Notes under the pieces: generated by a model
What the model saw: only the letters and a program-made list of their open reading frames with translations
Database searches by the model: none
What the model was told of the DNA's origin: nothing
IMG/VR virus record: IMGVR_UViG_3300048854_000081
Location: 192,001-256,000 of that record
DNA: 64,000 nt
Strand: one strand, 5' to 3'
Source: a virus
Taxonomy: Duplodnaviria; Caudoviricetes
In this document: positions 46,093-55,934 of the stretch, one piece after another
How the letters are laid out: every line of letters starts with the position of its first letter
Position numbering within the stretch: position 1 is the stretch's first letter
Translations under genes and position numbers: made by a program

Positions 46093-48228
46093 ATGGCAAG
46101 TACCTTAGTTTCGCCGGGTGTAACCTCTACGCTAATAGATCAAAGCTTCTATGTTAGCGGTCAGGCTGCAACTGTCCCTCTTATCTTTATCGCAACTGCT
46201 GACGAAAAGTTTCAGGCAGATGGTGTTACCCCAGCTTTGGGTACGTTTGAATACGGTGTTCTACGTGAAGTAACCTCCGTTCAGCAAGCACTTCAGTTGT
46301 ACGGTATTCCTCGTTATCTAACCGATGCAATGGGTAATCCATTCCACGGTGATAGCCGCAGTGAATTCGGCCTAGACGCTCTTATCAAGGTTCTAGGTGT
46401 TGGTAGCCGTGCCTACGTTGTCCGCGCTAACGTTAACCTTGACGATGACATTGATTCCCTAAAGTCTCTTTGGGATCGCAAGACCACTGATGCTGCTGAT
46501 TATCTAAGCACTCTAGTTCAGATGTTCATTCAACAGTTCAATGCTGAGAACATGCTAGTTCCTTCGGATGCTGATTACAAGCAGACCGTAACTGGTTCAG
46601 AATTACAGAATCTAGTTAGCGAAGCAATGAGCGAAACTTTCGCTTCGTATTCGTTTAGCTCACAGGTTTTCCAGAACGCTTTCATTCAGGATCACACCAT
46701 TGCTCATCCGGGTTATCAGGATGTTCTATTCGATTCCTCGCATGGCTACATTAGCCTAGCTGACGTAACTGGTTTGGTTCCTACCACTCACTACGCTGCT
46801 GACATCGAAGTCGTTTCTGGTTCTGGTACCAACACATTCCACGTTACTATCCTAGGCAATCAGGCTACCACATTCGGTGACCTAGTTGCTCTATTGAATG
46901 CTCAGTTCGGTTCGGCTGCAACGGTTTCACTACTTAACGGTAGACTAAGAACCACCTCCACGTTGGACGGTGTAACTTCGCACGTTGAAATCCTAACTGA
47001 TGGTCCAAGTGGTGCAAGTCCTCTATTTGCTAGCTTGAATCTATACAAGAGCATTGACGTTTCTGTTGACGGTACTGGTGCTACTGCACTTAATGTGTAT
47101 GACCCAACCTACACCACCATCGTAGGCGTCTACGACGGCCTAGACGGCATGATCAACAACTGGACCAGCGGTAACCTTGTTCCAGACGAGTTCACTGCTG
47201 CTGAAGCTGAGGGCCTATTGCTGGCTGCTGTTGGTGACTTCGAAGACACCAAGGAATTCTTGGTTAACACTTCCCTAGGTTCGAATGATGCTGCACGTCG
47301 TGCTGCTATCGTTAAGCAACTACAGGCTGTGGTCAACGATCCAACCACTGGCGTAACCGGTGAAAACATTCTTTATGATCTAGTTGCATGTCCGGGTTAT
47401 TGGGAAGTAACCAACGAGTTGGTAACTCTATCCCAGTCCATCCGTGGCGAAGTTTTCGTTATCGGTGAAACCCCATACGACAAGCCAGCCTTGGGTCCAA
47501 ACGGCATCACCATTTGGGCTACTACTGTAAACCGTGTAAACAACTATTTGGATGGCTATTGGTATGGGCATGGTCTATCGTCTAACATCGACGGTGCTAC
47601 CATCCTAACCACCTCTGCTGCAACGGCTCTAAGAACCATTGTATACAGTGATAGCGTTGCTGAGAAGTGGTATGCCCCTGCTGGTACGTCTCGTGGTACC
47701 TGCCCACACCTATCCGACATCGGTTATGTGAGTGGTACTCTAGGTGGCGTGACAACCTTTACAAGTGATTACTTGGATCAGGGTACTCGTGATTCCCTAT
47801 ACGAATTCCCTAAGAACATCAACCCAATCACTTATATTCCGGGTCGCGGCATCTTGGTCATGGGTCAGAAGTCTTCCAGCCCAGCTACATCGGCTTTGGA
47901 TCGTATTAACGTAGTTCGTCTATCGTTGTACATTCAGCGCCAGATGCGTATGGCCCTATTCCCATTCCTATTCGAACCAAACGATAAGAAGACTTGGGAT
48001 AGCGTTAAGTATGTTGCTGATACCTTCCTAAACGGTTTGGTACAGCGTAGAGGTCTATACGACTTTATCACGATTTGTGACACTACCAACAACACCAGCG
48101 GTGAAATTGATAACAATGAATTGCACTTGGATATCTACATCAAGCCAACCAAGGCAGTTGAATTTATCTACGTTGACATCACCTTGGTCAACACTGGTAC
48201 GGACTTTACACAAATCAAGGGCGCGTAA
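46093..48228 (+). CDS. Tail sheath protein (gp18-like)
   Basis: SPGV, WYAPAG..RG, INPI, DRINV.RL, FEPND, KAVEFIY. Confidence 0.95.
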   Translation: MASTLVSPGVTSTLIDQSFYVSGQAATVPLIFIATADEKFQADGVTPALGTFEYGVLREVTSVQQALQLYGIPRYLTDAMGNPFHGDSRSEFGLDALIKVLGVGSRAYVVRANVNLDDDIDSLKSLWDRKTTDAADYLSTLVQMFIQQFNAENMLVPSDADYKQTVTGSELQNLVSEAMSETFASYSFSSQVFQNAFIQDHTIAHPGYQDVLFDSSHGYISLADVTGLVPTTHYAADIEVVSGSGTNTFHVTILGNQATTFGDLVALLNAQFGSAATVSLLNGRLRTTSTLDGVTSHVEILTDGPSGASPLFASLNLYKSIDVSVDGTGATALNVYDPTYTTIVGVYDGLDGMINNWTSGNLVPDEFTAAEAEGLLLAAVGDFEDTKEFLVNTSLGSNDAARRAAIVKQLQAVVNDPTTGVTGENILYDLVACPGYWEVTNELVTLSQSIRGEVFVIGETPYDKPALGPNGITIWATTVNRVNNYLDGYWYGHGLSSNIDGATILTTSAATALRTIVYSDSVAEKWYAPAGTSRGTCPHLSDIGYVSGTLGGVTTFTSDYLDQGTRDSLYEFPKNINPITYIPGRGILVMGQKSSSPATSALDRINVVRLSLYIQRQMRMALFPFLFEPNDKKTWDSVKYVADTFLNGLVQRRGLYDFITICDTTNNTSGEIDNNELHLDIYIKPTKAVEFIYVDITLVNTGTDFTQIKGA

Positions 48229-48300
48229 CTTGGTCGGATGTTTCGACTATAAGGCTGGTGATCATTCACCAGCCTTATTTTTTATCTAAAATTTAGGAGT

Positions 48301-48708
48301 ATGATTATGACAGCACGCGGAATTCGCAATAACAATCCGGGTAACATTAGAAAAGGCCAAGATTGGCAGGGTGAAGCTAAGGTTCAAGACGACGCTAGTT
48401 TTGAAGTCTTTGAATCGCCAGAGTATGGCATAAGAGCTATTGCTAAGATTATGCTATCTTACAACAAGCGTAACATCAATACAGTTACTAACGTTATTCA
48501 CACTTGGGCACCACCCAATGAAAATGACACCACCGCTTACATTAATGCTGTAGCCAAGAGCATCGGTTGTGCTCCGGATGCAGTGTTGGATATGCATGAT
48601 TCTACCGTCATGTTGAAACTCGTTAAGGCTATCATCACTCATGAGAATGGACAACAGCCTTACTCAGATGATATAATCTTAAAGGGAATCAACATGGCCT
48701 TTCAATGA
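48301..48708 (+). CDS. Lysozyme-like virion/peptidoglycan hydrolase
   Basis: RGIRNNNPGNI, WAPP.ENDT..Y, HENG. Confidence 0.8.
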   Translation: MIMTARGIRNNNPGNIRKGQDWQGEAKVQDDASFEVFESPEYGIRAIAKIMLSYNKRNINTVTNVIHTWAPPNENDTTAYINAVAKSIGCAPDAVLDMHDSTVMLKLVKAIITHENGQQPYSDDIILKGINMAFQ

Positions 48709-49703
48709 TCAATACACAATTACATAAAGATATCATTATAGCCGGAGCATTAGGTGATGCTTTCGGCTATTTTGTTGAGTTCGATCCGATTACTTGGATT
48801 GAAGAGAAGTATCCTACGTTTACCGTAGAACGGCTAGCTAAACAACATAGTAAATGGAAAGCATCAGACGACACGCAGATGACTCTATTTTGTTTGGATG
48901 CTATCGCAGAATATTTACCAAGCAGAACCAACCAAGAATTTATTAACGATAAAATTTATCAGGGATATAGTGATTGGTTACTGACTCAGGAATCGTCGAT
49001 AAAGAATCATGATGCAGCTAAAGATTATGATGGATTACTTGGGTTTCAATCTATGTGGGCACTGGAAGCACCCGGAACGACATGCTTAGATTCCTTACGT
49101 AATCGTCCAATGGGAACCATTGAAAAGCACGTTAACGGTTCTAAGGGATGTGGTGGTATTATGCGTGCCGCACCAATCGCTTTCATACCTTATTACTGTC
49201 AGGAAGAAATCTTTAATTTAGCGGCAAGCCAAGCTGCACAAACGCATGGTCATCCTAATGGATACTTATCTGCTGGGTATTTTGCTGCATTGTTATGGAG
49301 TCAGATGAAAGGATTCAACTATTTTCAGACTAAGGACAGTCTGGATTCTATTCTTAAAACTTATGAAGGTCATGAAAGCCTACTAGCTTACATAAACAAT
49401 CTAGATACATGGTTGGCTGACACCAGTGTTACACTAAAGAAAAGAAATCTTAATGCATGTCTTGGTGAAGGTTGGGTTGGTGACGAAGCATTGTGCATTG
49501 CTATCTATTGTGCCTATCGTTACGACACGTTAGAAGAAGTCATGGAATGGTCTGCTAATCATAATGGTGACTCGGACTCTACGGCATCACTAGCTGCCCA
49601 ACTATTCACCGCTCGGGTGGGTGGTCTTACCGATGAACAACGTTCGATGTTTGATAAGCTATCCATCAAGGATGCTATGCAATACGTTTTCGACAAAATT
49701 TGA
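48705..49703 (+). CDS. ADP-ribosylglycohydrolase (DraG/ARH)
   Basis: GDA.G, SDDTQM, G.GGIMR, THG, GDSDS. Confidence 0.92.
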   Translation: MINTQLHKDIIIAGALGDAFGYFVEFDPITWIEEKYPTFTVERLAKQHSKWKASDDTQMTLFCLDAIAEYLPSRTNQEFINDKIYQGYSDWLLTQESSIKNHDAAKDYDGLLGFQSMWALEAPGTTCLDSLRNRPMGTIEKHVNGSKGCGGIMRAAPIAFIPYYCQEEIFNLAASQAAQTHGHPNGYLSAGYFAALLWSQMKGFNYFQTKDSLDSILKTYEGHESLLAYINNLDTWLADTSVTLKKRNLNACLGEGWVGDEALCIAIYCAYRYDTLEEVMEWSANHNGDSDSTASLAAQLFTARVGGLTDEQRSMFDKLSIKDAMQYVFDKI

Positions 49704-49749
49704 AAATCAGTAATCAGGATCGATAAATATTCGTAAGAAGAAAGATGAT

Positions 49750-50184
49750 ATGATTACTTTAGAACGTTTCGCCTACACACCTATGGGCACTTTCGGTCGT
49801 TTGACGTATGGTGACTTTTCATGCTATACGGTCGAAAGACCATGGGATAACAATAATAACAAAGTGAGTTGCATTCCAGAGGGAATGTATACTATACAGA
49901 AATACACATCGCCGAAGTTTGGTAGTGTGTATGCTGTGTTAGGTGAGACTGTTTCTTTATTTCCGGACACAACTCACAAGCGTTCTGCCGTCTTGATTCA
50001 TCCGGCAAATGTCATGTCTGATCTAGAAGGATGCATTGGTTTGGGTGACTCGTTAGGGTACGTAAAGAGTCAATGGGGAGTTCTTAATAGTGCCGTTACG
50101 CTCAAGGCATTCTTCTCTAAGTTAGGTTCGCTAGACAATATCCCCTTAAACATTACATTCAAAACGGTTGTCACCAAAGTATAA
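49750..50184 (+). CDS. DUF5675-like protein
   Basis: T.ERPW, SCIP.G.Y, IH.AN, GCI.LG. Confidence 0.8.
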   Translation: MITLERFAYTPMGTFGRLTYGDFSCYTVERPWDNNNNKVSCIPEGMYTIQKYTSPKFGSVYAVLGETVSLFPDTTHKRSAVLIHPANVMSDLEGCIGLGDSLGYVKSQWGVLNSAVTLKAFFSKLGSLDNIPLNITFKTVVTKV

Positions 50185-50185
50185 T

Positions 50186-50509
50186 ATGAAAAGTAATTTG
50201 TCTTTTAAAGAGTATCTTGAAGAGAAGAGCAGATTGAAGATGGCCGGTGAAAACTGCCCACGAATAAAGTATCTGTATGAAGTAAGAAAGTATTGTAAGA
50301 TTCCATTACATGATGGGATCAACGAAGAAAAAACCTACATATCTTTAAAACCTAAAGATAGTATTGAAATTCTATGGGAATATGAATCCATAGAACATCC
50401 AACCCCAAAGCAAATCACCCTGACATTCGATAACGATCAGGTAATGTATTTCACTTGGTCTAATGCCAAGGTGTCCAAATGGGTTGAGTCCTCTATTTAT
50501 AAATTATAA
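50186..50509 (+). CDS. Hypothetical protein
   Basis: SFKEYLEE N-terminus. Confidence 0.6.
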   Translation: MKSNLSFKEYLEEKSRLKMAGENCPRIKYLYEVRKYCKIPLHDGINEEKTYISLKPKDSIEILWEYESIEHPTPKQITLTFDNDQVMYFTWSNAKVSKWVESSIYKL

Positions 50510-50569
50510 AAGCCTGAAATCGTCTGCAAACCAATAAATAGTAACATATAAACGGACACAGACGGGAAA

Positions 50570-51232
50570 ATGGGAACGATAATTAACATAGTCACCGATT
50601 ATGGATTCGGTGCCGTGGTATTTCTTGGTATAGGTTATTTACTATATCTATACGCCAGACATAGACTATTCCCATCATTGAAAGGTAAGGCTCTAGTTAA
50701 CAAGCTAGGTAACGAAGCTAACTTGGCCTATCATTCTCTGTTCGCAAATATTAACCATAGATTGAATGTAGAAATTCCTACACTCGACTTGCTTCCAACC
50801 AAGCCGGTCAAGCAACAGATGATCCGTGACATTCTAATGATTTACACCAAGACTCTATTTAAAACCTGTAAGGATATTGCAAGTTTAGATATGAAGGATT
50901 GGAGCACTGACAAATGGTGCGATGAAATGACCGTTAGAGTGAACGACAATGTTGTGACTTTCTTGGACCTGTGCAAAACCTCAGGTGTTCCACAGATTGT
51001 CATGCTTAAATTTATGCGCTGGCATAAATCAACTCAAGACATTCTGTTCGACGGAATCATGTCTTTGGGTTCTTCTAATATTTTTAATTCTAACGTAGCA
51101 CGAACAAACACCTTGTTCTTTATGGTCAATCTATTGCTGGTAACAACCATTGCCGATGCAGAGAAAACGCTTAAGGAATTGAATGGTGACGTTCACGGCC
51201 AGTTTTATAATGGTAGTATAATCGAGGATTGA
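50570..51232 (+). CDS. Membrane-anchored late protein (possibly lysis-related)
   Basis: N-terminal TM segment; late promoter. Confidence 0.55.
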   Translation: MGTIINIVTDYGFGAVVFLGIGYLLYLYARHRLFPSLKGKALVNKLGNEANLAYHSLFANINHRLNVEIPTLDLLPTKPVKQQMIRDILMIYTKTLFKTCKDIASLDMKDWSTDKWCDEMTVRVNDNVVTFLDLCKTSGVPQIVMLKFMRWHKSTQDILFDGIMSLGSSNIFNSNVARTNTLFFMVNLLLVTTIADAEKTLKELNGDVHGQFYNGSIIED

Positions 51233-51233
51233 A

Positions 51234-54188
51234 ATGAGTCAGTACCAAAATTTTGCAGATACACCCAACTCCATCATAAAGGAAGGTGAGGAAATCACCC
51301 TCATCTTTACCAGAAATGCCGATGGAACAGGTACGGTTTCTTGGAATATACCACCACCAGCCAACGGTTGTTCGGCTGACACACAAGCTTATGACGGTAT
51401 CGTAATCACGGTAGATCGCAAGGCTGCTAACTATATCTCCACCTCGCCTAAGAATGGTACCCTGTACACGGGTGACAATACGGTCGATCCAGATATGCAT
51501 GCCGGTGATAAGCTAGATACTGCGCTGGTTGTGGGTTCATTCTATCATGATAAGTCAACTACCTCATTAACTCTGACCGATGTTGATCCTAACGTCTTTT
51601 ATTACGTTTCTGGCTATGCCGTAGACAATGTGGGTACGTACCACAGAGAAGGTGTGCATGCTTACTCGCTCCCAACCGGTGAAGCAGAAAGTGAGCAGGC
51701 TCTTTACAATGCCTATCAGGACATTTCCATTATGTCCAAGGATAGCAGTAAGGTAACCCTAAACACCTTGACATGCTTGGACAAGACTAAGACTTACCAG
51801 ATTCATGTTAAAATTGACCACGTAGACCATTATCTGACCATCAAGGGTTCAGAGGCACAGTCTTATAACGATTTGATTAGAGCGATCAACAATCAATTCA
51901 AGTTAATCACTGGCGACTCCTACAAGAGTCCTCTTCCACCTAAGGCCAACCAATTCTATTTGGATAAGACTGGTCAGAAGTTGTACTTGTGGGATGGTTT
52001 TACCAACACCAGTGAGCACGTCATATTCTTTGATAAAGACCCATCGACTCACCCTCAGGGTACATACTGGGTAAATCCTAATGAACCAAACACCATTTTC
52101 ATGTATGAAACCGGTGGCTGGCAGGTACAGCCTTTCGTAAGCTTAGATCATGATCCTACCATCCCTGAATGCGGTGAACTATGGTTCAACGGTTCAAGCG
52201 TTTATGAGTGGGATGGTGATCATTGGATCAAGCTATGCCTTTACATCCAGACTCGTAACCCTTCCCTTTCTCCTATTTTGGATTGCAATACTTATTGGTA
52301 TGATAATACCGATGGTCTTCTATACAAGTGGGATGCTGGTAATGATAAGTTTGATGAAGTTCTAGCCATCATTTCTCAGAAAGACCCTAACACGTTATCC
52401 GTGGGCGATTTCTGGTTGAATGAAACTGATAGCAAGATGTACCGCTTCTCGGCTGGTGTATGGAACCTGTTGACCAATGTTCGTTATGATAAGCCAAATT
52501 CTTCCGGTACGATTAGTAATCCTGCCGCTGGTATCTATTGGTTGAATCCTGATAATCAGAAATTCTACAAAAGAGACAACACCAACACATTCTGGACCGA
52601 AGTTGAGTACACGATGTACCCAACTGATCCTATGGACAGAGCCAGCAATGATCTATGGTGGAATCAGTCTCCTTCAGTCGATTCACTTTTCGTTTGGGAT
52701 ATTGTAAACAGCCAGTGGCTATTGGTAGAAAACTTCATCCAAGAAACAACTGATCCTTCCCTACCACCAAATCTACCGGCTTGTGTGGTGTGGTATAATC
52801 CTAAGGATGGTTCACTTAAGTATATTCTTAAGAATAGTTGTTCGGATAAGGGATTCATTGACTTCATATTTGATCCTACACACCCACCAATCGGTACGGT
52901 TTGGTACGATACTTTACATAAAGTTTATAATGTCTGGAACGGTACGGACTGGGATGTCATTCATCCTATCATTTCAACATTCGATCCTTTCGTATTGGAT
53001 ACTAACTATTTCTGGTATGATACTGTTAACCAGCAGCTAAAGCGCTGGAACGGTACTGGTTGGACAGTCGTTCCTTTCTCTGAACATCCATTGACACCAA
53101 ACGTTGGTACTCTATGGTACAACACTGCCAGCAATGAACTATTCCAGTGGGATGGTGTACGTTGGGTTGTGGCTGCACCAATAGTCAGCGTTTCGTTAAG
53201 ATACCAGATCGATAATCTTGATCCGAATGTTAATGGTAGAGCTTACCTAATGTTCTTGTTCAATGAAGCCGGTTGTGGTCACATATTTGAAGTTATCGCT
53301 GATGCTGAAGGCGTATTCGCTAAGGTATGTCAGGCTGTTATGTACCATGAACCTCTAGTAGGTGGTAATGGTCCTGCCTCTGGTCCTATGTACAAGCAAT
53401 TGGGTGTGGGTACGGATGGCACCCCTGATGAGCGTAGAGCCCTACAGGCTAAGATTCGTACCATGCTAGGTAGCATCGGTGTTCAGGTGGAGTTGACTAA
53501 GGATGAAATGAACGTAGCCATTGATAATGCGCTAATGCAATTCAGAAGATATTCAAGTTATGGTTACACACGTAACATGTTCTTCTTGGATGCTAAGCCA
53601 AATCAGCAGACCTATATTCTATCTAACAATTGTGTAGGTTTTAATAAGATTAACTCGATCCGTGCTCTGTACAGAATGCAGGCAGGTTGGATTCGTACGG
53701 GTCTTGCTGGTAACGAACTATTCGGTGTTGCAGCCTTGCAGCAGCTATATACTGTAGGTACTTTTGATATGCTTAGCTTCTCGATGATGAGCATGTACAT
53801 GAAAGAACTTGAACAGGTATTCGCTTCAAGAATCATGCACCAGTGGGTTGAATCGAGCCGTGAGCTACGTTTGTTCCAGAGAATCGTTCTACCAGAACGT
53901 ATCCTTGTGGATGCAACTGTAGAGAGAACCGAACAGGACTTGTTCACCAACCGTGCTTCGGCACTTTGGATTCAGTCTTACGCATTGGCAGAGTCGAAGA
54001 GAATTCTTGCTCAGGTTCGTGGTAAGTACTTGAACCTACCGGGTCCAAACGGTAGCACCAATCTTAACGCTCAAGATTTGGCTTCTCAGGCTGAAGCAGA
54101 GAAGACAATTTTGATGGAAGAATTGAATGATCCAGCAATGGGTAATTTGGAAGATGTTGGCCTAGCCGCTCATTTCGTAATAGGATAA
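51234..54188 (+). CDS. Neck protein gp13-like with large N-terminal Trp-rich repeat region
   Basis: C-terminal LG...VQVEL..., RGK..NLPGP.G...LN, FVIG. Confidence 0.8.
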   Translation: MSQYQNFADTPNSIIKEGEEITLIFTRNADGTGTVSWNIPPPANGCSADTQAYDGIVITVDRKAANYISTSPKNGTLYTGDNTVDPDMHAGDKLDTALVVGSFYHDKSTTSLTLTDVDPNVFYYVSGYAVDNVGTYHREGVHAYSLPTGEAESEQALYNAYQDISIMSKDSSKVTLNTLTCLDKTKTYQIHVKIDHVDHYLTIKGSEAQSYNDLIRAINNQFKLITGDSYKSPLPPKANQFYLDKTGQKLYLWDGFTNTSEHVIFFDKDPSTHPQGTYWVNPNEPNTIFMYETGGWQVQPFVSLDHDPTIPECGELWFNGSSVYEWDGDHWIKLCLYIQTRNPSLSPILDCNTYWYDNTDGLLYKWDAGNDKFDEVLAIISQKDPNTLSVGDFWLNETDSKMYRFSAGVWNLLTNVRYDKPNSSGTISNPAAGIYWLNPDNQKFYKRDNTNTFWTEVEYTMYPTDPMDRASNDLWWNQSPSVDSLFVWDIVNSQWLLVENFIQETTDPSLPPNLPACVVWYNPKDGSLKYILKNSCSDKGFIDFIFDPTHPPIGTVWYDTLHKVYNVWNGTDWDVIHPIISTFDPFVLDTNYFWYDTVNQQLKRWNGTGWTVVPFSEHPLTPNVGTLWYNTASNELFQWDGVRWVVAAPIVSVSLRYQIDNLDPNVNGRAYLMFLFNEAGCGHIFEVIADAEGVFAKVCQAVMYHEPLVGGNGPASGPMYKQLGVGTDGTPDERRALQAKIRTMLGSIGVQVELTKDEMNVAIDNALMQFRRYSSYGYTRNMFFLDAKPNQQTYILSNNCVGFNKINSIRALYRMQAGWIRTGLAGNELFGVAALQQLYTVGTFDMLSFSMMSMYMKELEQVFASRIMHQWVESSRELRLFQRIVLPERILVDATVERTEQDLFTNRASALWIQSYALAESKRILAQVRGKYLNLPGPNGSTNLNAQDLASQAEAEKTILMEELNDPAMGNLEDVGLAAHFVIG

Positions 54189-54191
54189 TAG

Positions 54192-55895
54192 ATGTCTACT
54201 TGTATTCCATGTCAGATCAATAAGCAGCCTTCACCTACAGCAACACTCAAAACGGGTGTTGACTGTGGTATTGATAACAATACTTCAGGTAATTGTGCGC
54301 TTAATGATGACGGTACACCAATCGTAACCCCGACTGCAACGGCTAGCCCTTGTGGTCCGGGTGAGAATTGCTCTCCGTTTGACCTGACCGATACCGGAGA
54401 CACTTCTCTTACTGAAAGTTACATTGATGAACAGCTAAACATTTCTGGTGCTAATCTTAATGTTTACAAGATGCTGGGTATCCATGAACAGGGTAAGCTT
54501 CTAGACTTGGCTGGTAACGGTAATGCTATATCGTCTGGATCGCTATCCAACTTTCCAGCATCCAATGCTTTCGATAAATTCATTACAGAATGGCGTTCCG
54601 CACAGACTGGACCAAATGTATTAGCTAAGACTTTTATTGGTTATGACTTTGGTCCAATCAAGTTACGTAATGGTAGAGACCGTTACGGTATCGAGACCGC
54701 CGTCAAGCATGATATCTCTATGATTAAGATTAAGCAGGGATGCGATGCTCAGAACCGTGTAACAAAAATCCGTATTGAGCGTTCTGATGATGGTACCAAA
54801 TGGTATGGTGCTGCTATCGTTGACGTGCCTGACTGTGATGGTTTGGTAACGTTAAACTTTAAGCGTACCGTACCTTCCCGTTTTTGGAGAATTCGCCCAC
54901 TAGCTTTCAATGGTGGTGTCGATGACTACTGGACAGTTCAGGCGTTCCAGTTAATCAATTATGAAAAGACTGCGATCACTAACATCCAAGATAGAGTGCT
55001 TCTAGAAAATAGAGATAGAGATTATCTAGATAAGCCTATCGCTATGAAATGTTATTATACTCCTATCGACGTTCAAGCTAACTCTTCCAAGTTCGGCTTC
55101 TTCCAAGGTGCGGACACATACACGATCCAGATTAGCTTTAACCAAGCTGTGAAAATTCTAGGTAGACCATTCGTTATTGGTGACATTCTTGAATTGCCAT
55201 CGGAAACACAGTATGATCCGTCCACGATGGAACCAATTCTAAAATATTTGGAAGTCAATGACGTTGCATGGGCTACAACAAGCTACACTGCTGCATGGAA
55301 GCCAACGATGCAGCGTCTATTGGCCGTACCTGCCATGGCATCCCAAGAGACCCAGCAAATCTTTGGTAAGCTTACTGAGGACGAAGATGATACAGGTCTA
55401 GTGGATATCAATGACGGTAACGCTAAAAAGTATCAGGATATCTCAAATATATCTAAGACGATTAAAGCAAAGGCAAATACGGCTGTACCGGAACGTGGGC
55501 AAGATAATGCAGATATTGCTCAGATCGGTGATGAAGCCATTGCCACCGCTAAAGAAAAATTCAATATAAATCTAGGTAAGCTAAACGTCGCTAAAACGCC
55601 CTACAGCGAAGACGCGATGCCACCCAATGGATTGCCCTACACTGAGGGTGAGGCGTGGCCTGCGCAGCCGTGGAAGAACGGTGCGTACCATCGTATGACC
55701 TATGACAGCAAGGGTAAGGATATTGCCCCTAGACTGTTCCGTTATTTAACTCGTGCCAACCGTTGGGTTGTCATTGCCGTTGACCGTAGGTATGAAAGTC
55801 GTAAGACTAAGCCTGTCCTTCAAGAGTTCATTGATCCAGCCACATCGACCGTGACTGATCCTAAGAAAGAAGAACAATTCCTTGATAAAAATTGA
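54192..55895 (+). CDS. Head closure/neck gp14-like with discoidin-like insertion
   Basis: LLENRDR.Y, SKFG.F, GDILELP. Confidence 0.75.
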   Translation: MSTCIPCQINKQPSPTATLKTGVDCGIDNNTSGNCALNDDGTPIVTPTATASPCGPGENCSPFDLTDTGDTSLTESYIDEQLNISGANLNVYKMLGIHEQGKLLDLAGNGNAISSGSLSNFPASNAFDKFITEWRSAQTGPNVLAKTFIGYDFGPIKLRNGRDRYGIETAVKHDISMIKIKQGCDAQNRVTKIRIERSDDGTKWYGAAIVDVPDCDGLVTLNFKRTVPSRFWRIRPLAFNGGVDDYWTVQAFQLINYEKTAITNIQDRVLLENRDRDYLDKPIAMKCYYTPIDVQANSSKFGFFQGADTYTIQISFNQAVKILGRPFVIGDILELPSETQYDPSTMEPILKYLEVNDVAWATTSYTAAWKPTMQRLLAVPAMASQETQQIFGKLTEDEDDTGLVDINDGNAKKYQDISNISKTIKAKANTAVPERGQDNADIAQIGDEAIATAKEKFNINLGKLNVAKTPYSEDAMPPNGLPYTEGEAWPAQPWKNGAYHRMTYDSKGKDIAPRLFRYLTRANRWVVIAVDRRYESRKTKPVLQEFIDPATSTVTDPKKEEQFLDKN

Positions 55896-55934
55896 CTTTT
55901 CCTGAATTTGAGATAAACTACATCTGCAATTGAG

